From contig OZ024752.1 in NCBI GenBank assembly GCA_964016885.1, positions 7,130,001-7,194,000 on the forward strand: 64,000 nt of DNA, given 5' to 3'. Both the position numbers and the translations under genes were made by a program. Shown piece by piece: positions 1-13,287 of this stretch. The stretch comes from Eledone cirrhosa (taxonomy: Eukaryota). Position 1 is the first letter of the stretch; each line of letters begins with the position of its first letter. The notes below the pieces were generated by a model that searched no databases, was not told where the DNA came from, and saw only the letters and a list, made by a program, of their open reading frames with translations.

Positions 1-112
1 AACTATACACCACTGCCTCACAACTATACACGACTGCCTCACAACAATACACGACTGCCTCACAACAATACACCACTGCCTCACAACTATACACCACTGC
101 CTATACACCACG
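1..112. repeat. Minisatellite, ~21-bp unit (CACTGCCTCACAACTATACAC), truncated by window edge
   Basis: About 5 tandem copies visible directly. Confidence 0.85.
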
Positions 113-151
113 ATTTTTGTAAACTATTAATTTGAGATCATCCTGACGGTT

Positions 152-3090
152 GGGCATATCCCTATTTCATGTGATATACACAATATACTATAGTAGGTCA
201 TATCCCTATTTCATGTGATATACACAATATACTATAGTAGGTCATATCCCTATTTCATGTGATATACACAATATACTATAGTTGGACATTACTATTTCAT
301 GTGATATACACAATATACTATAGTTGGACATTACTATTTCATGTGATATACACAATATACTATAGTTGGACATTACTATTTCATGTGATATACACAATAT
401 ACTATAGTTGGACATTACTATTTCATGTGATATACACAATATACTATAGTTGGACATTACTATTTCATGTGATATACACAATATACTATAGTTGGACATT
501 ACTATTTCATGTGATATACACAATATACTATAGTTGGACATTAGTATTTCATGTGATATACACAATATACTATAGTTGGACATTACTATTTCATGTGATA
601 TACACAATATACTATAGTTGGACATTACTATTTCATGTGATATACACAATATACTATAGTTGGACATTACTATTTCATGTGATATACACAATATACTATA
701 GTTGGACATTACTATTTCATGTGATATACACAATATACTATAGTTGGACATTACTATTTCATGTGATATACACAATATACTATAGTTGGACATTACTATT
801 TCATGTGATATACACAATATACCATAGTTGGACATATCCCTATTTCATGTGATATACACAATATACTATAGTAGGACATTACTATTTCATGTGATATACA
901 CAATATACTATAGTTGGACATTACTATTTCATGTGATATACACAATATACCATAGTAAGTCATATCCCTATTTCATGTGATATACACAATATACCATAGT
1001 TGGACATTACTATTTCATGTGATATACACAATATACTATAGTTGGACATTACTATTTCATGTGATATACACAATATACTATAGTTGGACATTACTATTTC
1101 ATGTGATATACACAATATACTATAGTTGGGTATATTACTATTTCATGTGATATATACAATATACTATAGTTGGACATTACTATTTCATATGATATACACA
1201 ATATACTATAGTTGGGTATATTACTATTTCACGTGATATACACAATATACTATAGTAGGACATTACTATTTCATGTGATATACACAATATACTATAGTAG
1301 GTCATATCCCTATTTCATGTGATATACACAATATACCATAGTTGGACATTACTATTTCATGTGATATACACAATATACTATAGTTGGACATTACTATTTC
1401 ATATGATATACACAATATACTATAGTTGGGTATATTACTATTTCACGTGATATACACAATATACTATAGTAGGACATTACTATTTCATGTGATATACACA
1501 ATATACTATAGTAGGTCATATCCCTATTTCATGTGATATACACAATATACTATAGTTGGACATTACTATTTCATGTGATATACACAATATACCATAGTTG
1601 GACATTACTATTTCATGTGATATACACAATATACTATAGTTGGACATTACTATTTCATATGATATACACAATATACTATAGTTGGACATTACTATTTCAT
1701 ATGATATACACAATATACTATAGTAGGACATTACTATTTCATATGATATACACAATATACTATAGTAGGTCATATCACTATTTCATGTGATATACACAAT
1801 ATACCATAGTTGGACATTACTATTTCATGTGATATACACAATATACTATAGTAGGTCATATCCCTATTTCATGTGATATACACAATATACCATAGTTGGA
1901 CATTACTATTTCATGTGATATACACAATATACTATAGTTGGGTATATTACTATTTCACGTGATATACACAATATACTATAGTAGGACATTACTATTTCAT
2001 GTGATATACACAATATACCATAGTTGGACATTACTATTTCATGTGATATACACAATATACTATAGTTGGACATTACTATTTCATATGATATACACAATAT
2101 ACTATAGTTGGGTATATTACTATTTCACGTGATATACACAATATACTATAGTAGGACATTACTATTTCATGTGATATACACAATATACCATAGTTGGACA
2201 TTACTATTTCATGTGATATACACAATATACTATAGTTGGACATTACTATTTCATGTGATATACACAATATACTATAGTTGAGTATATTACTATTTCATGT
2301 GATATACACAATATACTATAGTTGAGTATATTACTATTTCATGTGATATACACAATATACTATAGTTGGACATTACTATTTCATGTGATATACACAATAT
2401 ACTATAGTTGAGTATATTACTATTTCATGTGATATACACAATATACTATAGTTGGACATTACTATTTCATGTGATATACACAATATACTATAGTTGAGTA
2501 TATTACTATTTCATGTGATATACACAATATACTATAGTTGAGTATATTACTATTTCATGTGATATACACAATATACTATAGTTGAGTATATTACTATTTC
2601 ATGTGATATACACAATATACTATAGTTGGACATTACTATTTCACGTGATATACACAATATACTATAGTTGGACATTACTATTTCATGTGATATACACAAT
2701 ATACTATAGTTGGACATTACTATTTCATGTGATATACACAATATACTATAGTTGAGTATATTACTATTTCACGTGATATACACAATATACTATAGTTGGA
2801 CATTACTATTTCATGTGATATACACAATATACTATAGTTGGACATTACTATTTCATGTGATATACACAATATACTATAGTTGAGTATATTACTATTTCAT
2901 GTGATATACACAATATACTATAGTTGAGTATATTACTATTTCATGTGATATACACAATATACTATAGTTGGACATTACTATTTCATGTGACATATATACA
3001 CACAATATACTATTTGGGCATATTACTATTTCATGTGACATATATACCCAACTATAATATATTGTGTGTATATTACTATTTCATGTGACA
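152..3090. repeat. Satellite array, 42-43-bp unit (TATTTCATGTGATATACACAATATACTATAGTTGGACATTAC), roughly 70 copies
   Basis: Direct tandem periodicity; explains the 14-aa repeating ORFs at 242-2741. Confidence 0.97.
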
Positions 3091-3924
3091 TATATACACA
3101 GAATATACACTATTCTGTCCCTGTTGGGGTTCCTCTTGAAATCCAATGACTCCCTATTGAGAGTCACTATGTTAATCCTTCCTTATATATCATATCTGCC
3201 GTTACAACTAGTAGATAGTAGCAACAGTGGAAAGACCAATGAAGACTGTTTCCTTCGACCAATGAAGACTGTTTCCTTCGACCAATTTAACAAGTTCCAC
3301 CCCACTGGGAATGGTCTGAGATCTTGTTGATCGATTCTTTCTTTTCTTCTACTATATATGCTGACCCTTACTGCAAAACGCGCTAACACTACCAGAACAT
3401 ACATGAAATTATCAAATAACTCCGTTTTCTGATGTTAACACGTTAGCTAGTCACTGCCAAAACATTACATGCTATTTACCATATCTTAGTTCTTTGAACC
3501 ATAAATACAGAAGAAATCCATAAAAACTGACCTTTGGAAAGAAAATCTAGACATGAGAGAGTTAACCACTGGGAATTGGTAACTGATCATAGACTACACG
3601 AGAAAGATCTCAGAAATAAACAGAAACATTAATAGAAATTCTATAATATTTTCATTGATATCTGAAAACAAAATGGAATGGATCAGTAAGCAGCTTTGAA
3701 AAGATGGTTGGAATTTATATGAAGCCTCATAAAACATAACCAGGCTTTTTGGGAAGAGTGAAAATTCTTGCATATATTGTAGCAGTTATGAATACTGAAA
3801 TATGATATTAACAAATAATTGTGAGGGTCACAAGAGTTTCTAGCAACTGTATAACAGACGTATTTATTTGATATCTGTCAAAATGGTCTGAAACAAAGAG
3901 AATCAATAGATGGGTGTCCAGTCA

Positions 3925-5310
3925 TATATTTGGTTTTTCCTTTTCCACAGAGTTTTACCAACAGGTCTCTGGGGTAACCATGGGTACAAGACTGGGCCTT
4001 AATGCTTTAATGCTCAAACCGGCCCAAACCGGCCAGAATTCTCTACCTCTTTCTGTTCAAAGTGGCTGTAACTGGTCGCTCAAACTGATATTAAGGTATT
4101 GTTCTCAAAATAAATACTTTCAAAATCTCAGAGATTTTTATGAGATAATTATATGAGGTAAAGCCCTTACTATGAAAATATAATAGTATATATAGAGTAA
4201 TGTAAATGTTATGTGAGATATTATGTGAGATAAAGCCTTTACTGTGAAAATACAATAGTATATATAGAGTAATGTAAATGTTATGTGAGATATGTGAGGT
4301 AAAGCCTTTACTGTGAAAATACAATAGTATATATAGAGTAATGTAAATGTTATGTGAGGTAAAGCCCTTACCATGAAAATACAATAGTATATATAGAGTA
4401 ATGTAAATGTTATGTGAGGTAAAGCCCTTACCATGAAAATACAATAGTATATATAGAGTAATGTAAATGTTATGTGAGGTAAAGCCCTTACTGTGAAAAT
4501 ACAATAGTATATATAGAGTAAGGTAAATGTTATGTGAGATATTATGTGAGGTAAGACCTTTACTGTGAAAATACAATAGTATATATAGAGTAATGTAAAT
4601 GTTATGTGAGATATTATGTGAGGTAAAGCCTTTACTGTGAAAATACAATAGTATATATAGAGTAAGGTAAATGTTATGTGAGATATTATGTGAGGTAAGA
4701 CCTTTACTGTGAAAATACAATAGTATATATAGAGTAATGTAAATGCTATGTGAGATATTATGTGAGGTAAAGCCTTTACTGTGAAAATACAATAGTATAT
4801 ATAGAGTAATGTAAATGTTATGTGAGGTAAAGCCCTTACTGTGAAAATACAATAGTATATATAGAGTAATGTAAATGTTATGCGAGATATTATGTGAGGT
4901 AACGCCTTTACTGTGAAAATACAATAGTATATATAGAGTAATGTAAATGCTATGTGAGATATTATGTGAGGTAAAGCCTTTACTGTGAAAATACAATAGT
5001 ATATATATAGAGTAATGTAAATGTTATGTGAGATATTATGTGAGGTAAAGCCTTTACTGTGAAAATACAATAGTATATATAGAGTAATGTAAATGTTATG
5101 TGAGATATTATGTGAGGTAAAGCCTTTACTGTGAAAATACAATAGTATATATATAGAGTAATGTAAATGCTAAAGGGTTAACTATGCCAACTTGTTCGTC
5201 GACTATGTTGTGGCCATGATCTTCACCCTGTACACTGGTCCAACCCCTGAACATGACTGTGGAATACTCAACCACTTATATGTTAATTGATGAGTTGGAC
5301 ATCCAGTTGA
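3925..5310 (+). pseudogene. Penelope-like retroelement reverse-transcriptase remnant, split by a MITE at TTAA
   Basis: Joining 3925-4002 to 5182 onward restores an in-frame FSFSTEFYQQVSGVTMGTRLGLNYANLFVDYVVAMIFTLYTGPTPEHDC. This matches the PLE RT motif F-x-F-x3-FY-x-Q-x2-G-x2-MG-x4-(P)-x-YANLF leading toward a degraded YIDD. Confidence 0.75.
4003..5177 (+). mobile_element. piggyBac-type MITE family A, copy 1, with ~15 internal 60/72-bp tandem units
   Basis: TTAA at 3999-4002 and 5178-5181; right TIR TAAATGCTAAAGGG; left TIR degraded; body aligns by eye to copies at 26682 and 54740. Confidence 0.9.
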
Positions 5311-5535
5311 TCTAATAACAGACTGATCATCACTGAAACCACTATAAGAGCCATCATTAGATGTTGGAAAGGAGAAGTTATTCTAATACAGCAACCATCT
5401 TGTGACATGCAGGAAAAATGAATTGATACAAAAATATCAATTTTAAATTAAAATTGATATTTTCATGTCTAGTTTAACATCAAATTCAAAATAATATATA
5501 TATATATATATATATATATGTTATATATATATAAT

Positions 5536-6025
5536 GTAATACTATTGTACAAGTTTTACAGTATTAAGTTGCTCTACAATATTAGGTGATATTGTTCTCA
5601 CAATTAATTAAACAACATATTGGAACTCAACTTAGGAATTAATATTATATTGATATCATATAACAACAAAACATAATATAGTAATATACCAGATCATAAG
5701 ATATATATTACCTATCATAAGATACAATATAATATATATAATATATATAAATATTGAAGAAACAGGGGCTGTGTGGTTGCTGGATAAAGTGTATTTATAA
5801 ATAAGAGGAAAGCAGTTGTCTGCTGAAGATCACGGACATTTCTACGCATTAATTTTTATTAATTTTTAGTCCTATAGAAGCCATTTCTATATTAAATAGT
5901 TAGTGTGTGTGTGTGTGTGTTGGATTCAAACAGGAGGTAACCACAGTAAGGTACTCAAGACAGAGTATACATTTTTAATATAGAAATGGCAACTTAATAC
6001 TGTAAAACTTGTACAATAGTATTAC
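5536..6025. repeat. 37-bp perfect inverted repeat pair with (TA)n tracts just outside both arms
   Basis: GTAATACTATTGTACAAGTTTTACAGTATTAAGTTGC at 5536-5572 and its reverse complement at 5989-6025. Confidence 0.85.
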
Positions 6026-6030
6026 TTGTA

Positions 6031-6099
<69 letters not shown>

Positions 6100-6624
6100 C
6101 AAGTTTGAAGAACAGTGAGACAAGATATATCCAATTCTTTTCCTCCTTAGTCCGTAAAAGTCAACCAGATAAATAATCATTTAAATGGAGCTAAGTTTAA
6201 AATGTAACTTTAAAGAAATAACATGTCACAGACTTTCCTCTGTGTGGAACAGTCAGATAAAATTTATATATATATATATACAGTCAGATAATATATATAT
6301 ATATATATATCTCTAAGACAATGTCACTGGACCAAGATCTTTGGCGCTACGCAGTAATACAGAAGACCCACCTTGCCTATGTACAAAGCGAAACCTACAG
6401 TCAGTAGGCACCTCTTAACTAAATATACACCCCAATCCACTACCCTATCCTCCCACTCCCACCAACACCACCCTCTCTCTGTAAAGTTGGTACCACAACA
6501 CACAGTCCAAATAAATGAGATAATGAGATCGAGATTGTGTAGGTGTCACAAGAAAACACACAGTCCACGCTGTAATGTGGCCGTGTAGGTAGCACGGTAA
6601 AAAGTTCCCAGTTCCACACTGTAA

Positions 6625-6785
6625 ATGTGTTTGGTGTTAGGAAGGGCATCCAGCCGTAAAAAACCTGCCAGATAGTCCTATATGAGCGAGACATGGTCAC
6701 TCGACCAAGCTTGCCTCAAGTGGGACAACTCCCGTCTAACCCATGCTAGCGTGGAAAGTGGACGTTAAACGGGGATGATGATGAT
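6625..6785 (+). mobile_element. SINE-like element 3' part with (GAT)n tail
   Basis: AGGAAGGGCATCCAGCCGTAAAA core and CGTCTAACCCATGCTAGCGTGGAA..GGACGTTAAAC-(GAT)n tail; the same tail recurs at 10186-10240. Confidence 0.65.
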
Positions 6786-6840
6786 ATATACATACAGTCA
6801 GATAAAATATATATATATATATATTGGCAAAGAAGTTTGA

Positions 6841-7235
6841 CCGCTTCGTAGCAGAGCACTGAAGACCAATGAGACCATCGGATGGTAGCACCACATTTCC
6901 AACAAAGGGCTACATACACATCAGCCAGCAGTCTCCCACTCCATAACCATCCACCATATATGCTGGTATGGACATGTCCTTCTCCACCTGCCAGATCATC
7001 CTACCAGGGCCTTATTCCTGTTCAATGTAGCAGCTAGAGGCTGGAAGAGGCCCCACACAAGATGGCTGGATGTGATTAGGGAAACTCTCCAAAAGCTTGA
7101 CGTCACCTTGGAGGTTACAGAAGGGCTGTCACAGAACCCAGCAATGAAGGGCACTGGTAGTCCTGGTCGGCTCTATGCACACCGACACCTCTGGGATCGC
7201 TGACCTAGGATGACCCTAGTCCCATCAAGCAAGAA
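6841..7235 (+). mobile_element. 5'-truncated RTE-clade LINE fragment
   Basis: Degraded translation WYGHVLLHLPDHPTRALF..GWKRPHTRWLDVIRETL, typical of the RTE ORF C-terminus; CAAG-type tail; probable TSD CAAAGAAGTTT(T)GA at 6828-6840 and 7236-7249. Confidence 0.8.
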
Positions 7236-7907
7236 CAAAGAAGTTTTGAACAATGAAAATAAAACAGAAATTCAAAGATAGGTCCTTAATTAGTTCATTG
7301 TTTTACGATCATTTCAGGGGATTGATTGATTTTGGTAGATCGATATATTGACTAATAGATAGTGGTTATGTCAGCACCTATTTCTAGTCACGATATCCCA
7401 GTTCCATCTCACCATTTTCCTCAGAAACAACCGCCCCCCCCCCACACACACACACACAGACAGACACACGGTAATAACTTGGTGTCTATACCCAAGGTGT
7501 AAAGCAGCTCAAGTGTGCATTAAATGTACTTAGTACACTCTAAAGTAGTTGGCATTAAAGACATCCAGCCGTTGAAACCATTCCAAAATATGGAACAAAT
7601 GAGCAAGATATGGTTCTCGCAGTCCAGTAGCAGACCACACACATACTCACACACAAACACCCACATGCACACACACCCCACATACAGCCACATACCCCCT
7701 CCCCCCACACACAACACCCACACAGCCACATACCACCCAACACACCCACACACACAACCCCCCCCCCCTATACACACACACACAATAGTCTGGCAAAATT
7801 TACCAAATATTGCGGACAATGAATGCAATGTTGCAACAAGTGCACAGCAGAGTGGAACACAATGTCAACCTATTGTTAACAGTGGATGGTCTGAGGTAGG
7901 GGAGGGG

Positions 7908-8225
7908 GCAGAGAGAGAGAGAGAGAGGCACAGAGAGAGGGTGAGAGAGGCACAGAGAGAGGGTGAGAGAGGCACAGAGAGAGGGTGAGAGGCACAGAGA
8001 GAGGGTGAGAGGCACAGAGGGTGAGAGAGGCACAGAGAGAGGGTGAGAGGCACAGAGAGAGGGTGAGAGGCACAGAGAGAGGGTGAGAGGCACAGGGAGA
8101 GGGTGAGAGGCACAGGGAGAGGGTGAGAGGCACAGAGAGAGGGTGAGAGGCACAGAGAGAGGGTGAGAGGCACAGAGAGAGGGTGAGAGGCACAGAGAGA
8201 GGGTGAGCGGGAGAGAGAGAGAGAC
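7908..8225. repeat. 20-bp GA-rich minisatellite (GAGAGGCACAGAGAGAGGGT), ~14 copies
   Basis: Direct tandem periodicity. Confidence 0.9.
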
Positions 8226-8576
8226 AGCAAGAAAGAGAGAGTTGGAGAAAGAGTGGTGGTTGTAGAGATAAGGACAACACAGTATGAAGCTGTTATGGAA
8301 ATGGCTAGTAGTGGTAGTGGTGGTAGTGGTAGTGGTGGTAGTGGTGGTGGGTGGTGGTGGTAGTGGTGGTAGTAGCAGCAGCAATTATGGTGTGGAAAAG
8401 ACTGCTTAAGCTTTCATATTAAAACAGACTTAAAAAGGGATTTAAAAGTGTTGAGAACTATCACTAAAAATAGTTCCCACTCAACTAACAACAACAACAA
8501 CTGTATCATAAATTTAAATGAAATCTTATCTAAGTATAAATAATTGCAGAGAATAAGACTGAACAACATTAGAAAT

Positions 8577-9154
8577 TACGGTAGTTTCTACCACAACATG
8601 GACTACAGTTATTACAGTAGTTTCTTACTACAACATGGACTACAGTTATTACAGTAGTTTCTTACTACAACATGGACTACTGTTATTACAGTAGTTTCTT
8701 ACTACAACATGGACTACAGTTATTACAGTAGTTTCTTACTACAACATGGACTACTGTTATTACAGTAGTTTCTTACTACAACATGGACTACAGTTATTAC
8801 AGTAGTTTCTTACTACAACATGGACTACAGTTATTACAGTAGTTTCTTACTACAACATGGACTACAGTTATTACAGTAGTTTCTTACTACAACATGGACT
8901 ACTGTTATTACAGTAGTTTCTTACTACAACATGGACTACAGTTATTACAGTAGTTTCTTACTACAACATGGACTACAGTTATTACAGTAGTTTCTTACTA
9001 CAACAAGGACTACAGTTATTACAGTAGTTTCTTACTACAACATGGACTACAGTTATTACAGTAGTTTCTTACTACAACATGGACTACAGTTATGGTAGTT
9101 TCTACTACAACATGGACTGCAGTTATGGTAGTTTCTACTACAACATGGACTACA
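8577..9154. repeat. 37-bp minisatellite (TTACAGTAGTTTCTTACTACAACATGGACTACAGTTA), ~15 copies
   Basis: Direct tandem periodicity. Confidence 0.95.
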
Positions 9155-9184
9155 TTTAGTCAATCTGTTTTTATTCTGGATTCC

Positions 9185-9510
9185 CAAGCAAGCTGGATCC
9201 CCAAGTGAGACCAGCCAAGCTCATGGATGTTATCCAACCATCTTGCTCGGAGTCTACCCCTGGGTCTCCTGTTAGTTGGTTTTGCCCGTAAAATCTGTCC
9301 AGTGATTCTTTCCTGAGAAATTCTAATCACATGTCCATAGTATCAGAGCTGTGATCTCTCAATTCGGAGAAATAACAGCTCCACCTGGAGTGAGTCTCCA
9401 GCGATTCTTTCCCGAGACATTCTAACCACATGTCCATAGTATCACAGCTGTAATCGCTCAATTCAGAGAAGTAGCAGCTCTACCTGGAGTCACTCTCTGA
9501 TCTCCAACCC
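9185..9510 (-). mobile_element. RTE-clade LINE fragment with an internal ~105-bp duplication
   Basis: Minus-strand translation LLFLRIERSQL*YYGHVIRISQERITGQILRAKPTNRRPRGRLRARWLDNIHELGWSHLG; same family as 47745-47950. Confidence 0.8.
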
Positions 9511-9596
9511 TTCTCTACATACTAACTATTATGCTAACTCTTGAAAACAGTTTTAAGATGGATGAAGTCCTTTGCAGCTGGTTTAGAACAAATCCA

Positions 9597-9860
9597 TAAT
9601 TTAATCAGTTTCTAAACTTTCACAGTCTCATCATCAGGATGTGGAATGTTTTTTTGTTTATTTTCTTTTTATTTATATATATACACACATCTGTATGTAT
9701 TATACACACATACAGGTGGTAGAAAAGCCATTATAATGTTGGGGAACAAAGAAACTACATAAAATGTCTTAAAGTACATATAAATAAAAAGAAAAAAAAA
9801 AAAAACATTCCACATCCTGATGATGAGACTGTGAAAGTTTAGAAACAGTGATTAAATTAT
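9597..9860. repeat. ~60-bp near-perfect inverted repeat with ~140-bp spacer, abutting (TA)n
   Basis: GTTTCTAAACTTTCACAGTCTCATCATCAGGATGTGGAATGTTTTTTT at ~9608-9656 and its reverse complement at ~9799-9847, extending outward with one 2-bp indel. Confidence 0.85.
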
Positions 9861-10257
9861 ATATATAAATATATATACACACACAGATGTACATTGTTGC
9901 TTCTATGTATATATACATAAATGTACATTGTTGCCTCTATAACTATATATGTATACATGTGTATGTATACACAGCATGCATTGCTGCTTCTATATATATA
10001 TATATACACATGTATATGTATATTGCTGCCTCTACATATGTATATATATATATATATATACATACACACATATGTATATTGGTGCCTCTACCTGTGTGTG
10101 TATATATATATATATATATAAATGAAAAGTATAGAAATTGTTGCAGCGAGAAGCTAACAGTATTCCATAATATATAACATATACCACGTCTAACCCATGC
10201 TAGCGTGGAAGAACGGACGTAAAACGGTGATGATGATGATAAGTGACTATAGCGTCA

Positions 10258-10293
<36 letters not shown>

Positions 10294-10334
10294 TGTGTGT
10301 GTGTGTGGTGTGTGTGGTGTGTGTGGTGTGTGTG

Positions 10335-10385
<51 letters not shown>

Positions 10386-11490
10386 ATGGTATTAAATAAA
10401 TGGAAACTATATTTATAAAACCAAATTTATTCTATATTTGTTGAATTTCCAACAAATTAAATATCCCTTCTGCTTATATATATATATATGACTATGTGTG
10501 TAAGCACATTTATTCAATTTGTCCCACTAAATACCACAATCTATGCAGCAGATCTGATTTTCAACAGTTTCTATCAGGGAAACAATCATCTTCAAAGTAA
10601 TATGATTAGTTTTTAGAGACTTTTGGGGGTTTTTTTAACTTTAGTTTTCAAAAAAAAATCACATCTGACAAATTAAACATCTGCTGTGGTAATATTTGCT
10701 ACAATAGACATGGATGTTGCTAGAACGTCTTAGATACACAACTTAATATTATCACAGTAATAATATTAATAATAATAATAGTAATAATAGTAATAATAGT
10801 AATAATAGTAATAATAATCTATATTATAATAAGGGCACTGTCTGTCTGTCACGCCTACTTTATATAGAAAGGAGGGAGCGCCCTGCAAGAGATATGTACA
10901 TAGAGAGAGAAAAGGAGAACACTGTGTGGCTTGGAGGTGACAGAAAGAGGTAGATAGATAGAAAGTTATGACGTTGCCCCCATCTATAGCGAGAGAGGGG
11001 GAGCACCAAGTGAAAGATGTACAGAGAGAGGGGGGAGAGAGAGAGAGGAGAGAAAGAAAGAGAAAGAAAGACAGGAAAGAAAGAAAGAGAATGAGAAAGA
11101 AGAGAAAGAGAGAGATGAGTGAGAAAGGAAGAGAGAGTGGACAGAGATGACCGAGAAAGGAAGAGAGAGGGGACAGACAGAAAGAGGAGAGAGAGAGAGG
11201 AGAGAGGAGAGAGAGAGGGGAGAAACAGAGAGAGAGGAGAGAGAAAAGAAGAGTGAGAGAAAGGAAGAGAGAGAGAGATTTGAGAGAAAGGAAGAGAGAG
11301 AGAGATTTGAGAGAAAGGAAGAGAGAGAGAGATTGGAGAGAAAGAGAGATGAGGGAGAGATGAGAGAGAAGATGCTGTCACTGTCATCAAGTAATAAACT
11401 ACCTCCCATTAGTATTTGTTACCGCTGTCATGGCTGTCATTTCAAATATACACAATTTCTATAAATTCAATATAGATATTATTATTTCGA

Positions 11491-11676
11491 TTGGCAGTAT
11501 CGGGAGAGGGTCGGACGTCATGCTTTAACGCATAGAGTTACGGCCCTTTCCATTCTGAGTTCAAATCCCGCCAAGGTCAACTTTGCCTTTCATCCTTACG
11601 GGGGGTCGATAAAATAAAATACCAGTAATGTACTGGGTAATTGCTGGCCTTGTGCCAAAAGTAGAAACAATTATTT
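11491..11676 (+). mobile_element. tRNA-derived SINE, near full length
   Basis: Pol III A-box-like TGGCAGTATCGG, B-box-like GAGTTCAAATCC, core CTTTGCCTTTCATCCTTACGGGGTCGATAAAATAAAGTACCAG (resembles a Meta/MESC-type SINE domain, from memory), tail GGCCTTGTGCCAAAAGTAGAAACAATTATT; more than 10 copies in the window. Confidence 0.88.
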
Positions 11677-11784
11677 GGTGAAATGTCATTTAACTATAAC
11701 TTTCTTGGTCTGCCCTCTTGACCATACCACGAGGTCTTTATTGCCCTTCTTAGTACCAAATATATTAGAGGGTAGACAGGGCTT

Positions 11785-12128
11785 GGTGGGTGACTAGAGT
11801 GTCACAAAGATAGTAGATAATAAATAAATTGCAGAGGACAATGAGAATAGAGACAGTGAGGAATGTTGTGAAGAGAAATAGAATGAGATGGTTGGGTCAT
11901 GTGTTGAGGAAGGATGGAAGTGACAGTGGGAGGAACAATGGGAATCAATGTGGAAGTAAGTAAAAGAAGGGAGAGACTAAAAAAGACAGGGATAAAGATG
12001 ATAGAAGAGGAAATAAAAGTTAAGGATTGGGGCAGAGAGACGCAGAAGAAAAATAGAAAAGCTTGTCTCGAGGTCCATAAGGTTAACCCCTGATTTAGCC
12101 TGGGAAATGGCCTTAAAGGGTGGTTGTT
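11785..12128 (+). mobile_element. Degraded RTE-clade LINE 3' fragment
   Basis: Translation KLQRTMRIETVRNVVKRNRMRWLGHVLRKDG, then a frameshifted VEVSKRRERLKKT. Confidence 0.7.
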
Positions 12129-13082
12129 TGAAGATAATTTCATTAAAAACATGTTAATGAAAGTGGATATAAAATTATGTTTAACTTAACATCCTGTACC
12201 ACATGAAACCGCATTAGCAAAATGTTCTTGTAAAGTATAAAACTATAACTGTATCACATTAAATATTGCAGTCTTTAGTTTACTGCAAATATCTGTAAAG
12301 ATCCGTTCACTAGTGAAGATACTATAAACATTTGAATTAACAAATGTTTAGATATTTTTCACTAAATGATTAGATGATGTTAATATAATACAAGTCAACA
12401 TCTTTATAGAAAAAAAATATAACAAACAGTTATTGTCCAACTATCAAGTTGGTAATTTTAAAGTACACTATAGAAGAGGCTGTCCAGGGAGTTGAACTCA
12501 AAAGACTAACATATTAACAACAAATAAATCAATAATATACATGAAAGAGAATCTTTTTCACCAACAAAAATAAGCTTCAGAGATTTTCTTGGCATCAATT
12601 TATTAATGAGATAAAAAAAACTTGAGAAAAATAAAAATAATTAGAAGCACCCTACAGCTTTTATGATTGGTTTCTTCATTTATTATTCATGAAATCAAAT
12701 AGGATGCTAGGAATTATTATTGGAGTTTAGAGACACGAGACTGGAGCCAGATGTCAGCATTCCAATTTTCTCATTTTATTTTAATTTTTTATTGTTTTAA
12801 GTTTTACATAGGCAGCAAATTGGCAGAACGTTGGATTAAATTCCTGCTCACAGAACATTCTAAGTTAAAATCCCACCAAGCTCAACTTTGCTTTTCATCA
12901 GTCAATGGTCAATGAATATAGTACCAGTCCAGAGATGGTGGATTGGTGGAATTGTTAAAGAATCTTACAGTATACTTTCTAGAATCTGATCCAGCTCTGT
13001 ATGCTTTAACTTTAAATCCTGCTTCTTTCTGCCAGAAGTTGTGGCTGGCAGATACTATCAAGCAATGGAAAGAGCAGATTAA

Positions 13083-13287
13083 CCCTTTACCATTCACATT
13101 ACTCAATATATACTATTGTATTTTCGCAGAAAAGGCTTTATATCACATAATATTGAATCTATGAGATTTTGATATTTATTTTGAGAACAATACCTTAACA
13201 TCAGTATGAGCAGCTGGTTGCAGCCAGTTTGAACAAAAAGAGGTGAGAGAATTCTGGTCAGATATGGTTGGTTTAAATGCTAAAGGG
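13083..13287 (-). mobile_element. piggyBac-type MITE family A, copy 2 (single-unit form, ~205 bp)
   Basis: TTAA|CCCTTTACCATT ... AAATGCTAAAGGG|TTAA. Confidence 0.9.

Noticed and set aside
242-2741. ORFs with 14-aa repeats (C/H-containing, superficially zinc-finger-like)
   Set aside because: Translations of the 42-bp satellite; open on both strands and broken by 43-bp variants
3183-3404. 73-aa minus-strand ORF, possibly an old LINE remnant
   Set aside because: No motif I can identify with confidence; contains a local 21-bp duplication
4091-5142. 301- and 334-aa repetitive ORFs (also 54856-56549)
   Set aside because: The 72/60-bp MITE-internal unit is a multiple of 3 and stop-free in some frames; no domain or transposase similarity
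11491-11575. tRNA gene suggested by A/B boxes
   Set aside because: Runs directly into the SINE core and tail and recurs many times; no cloverleaf evident
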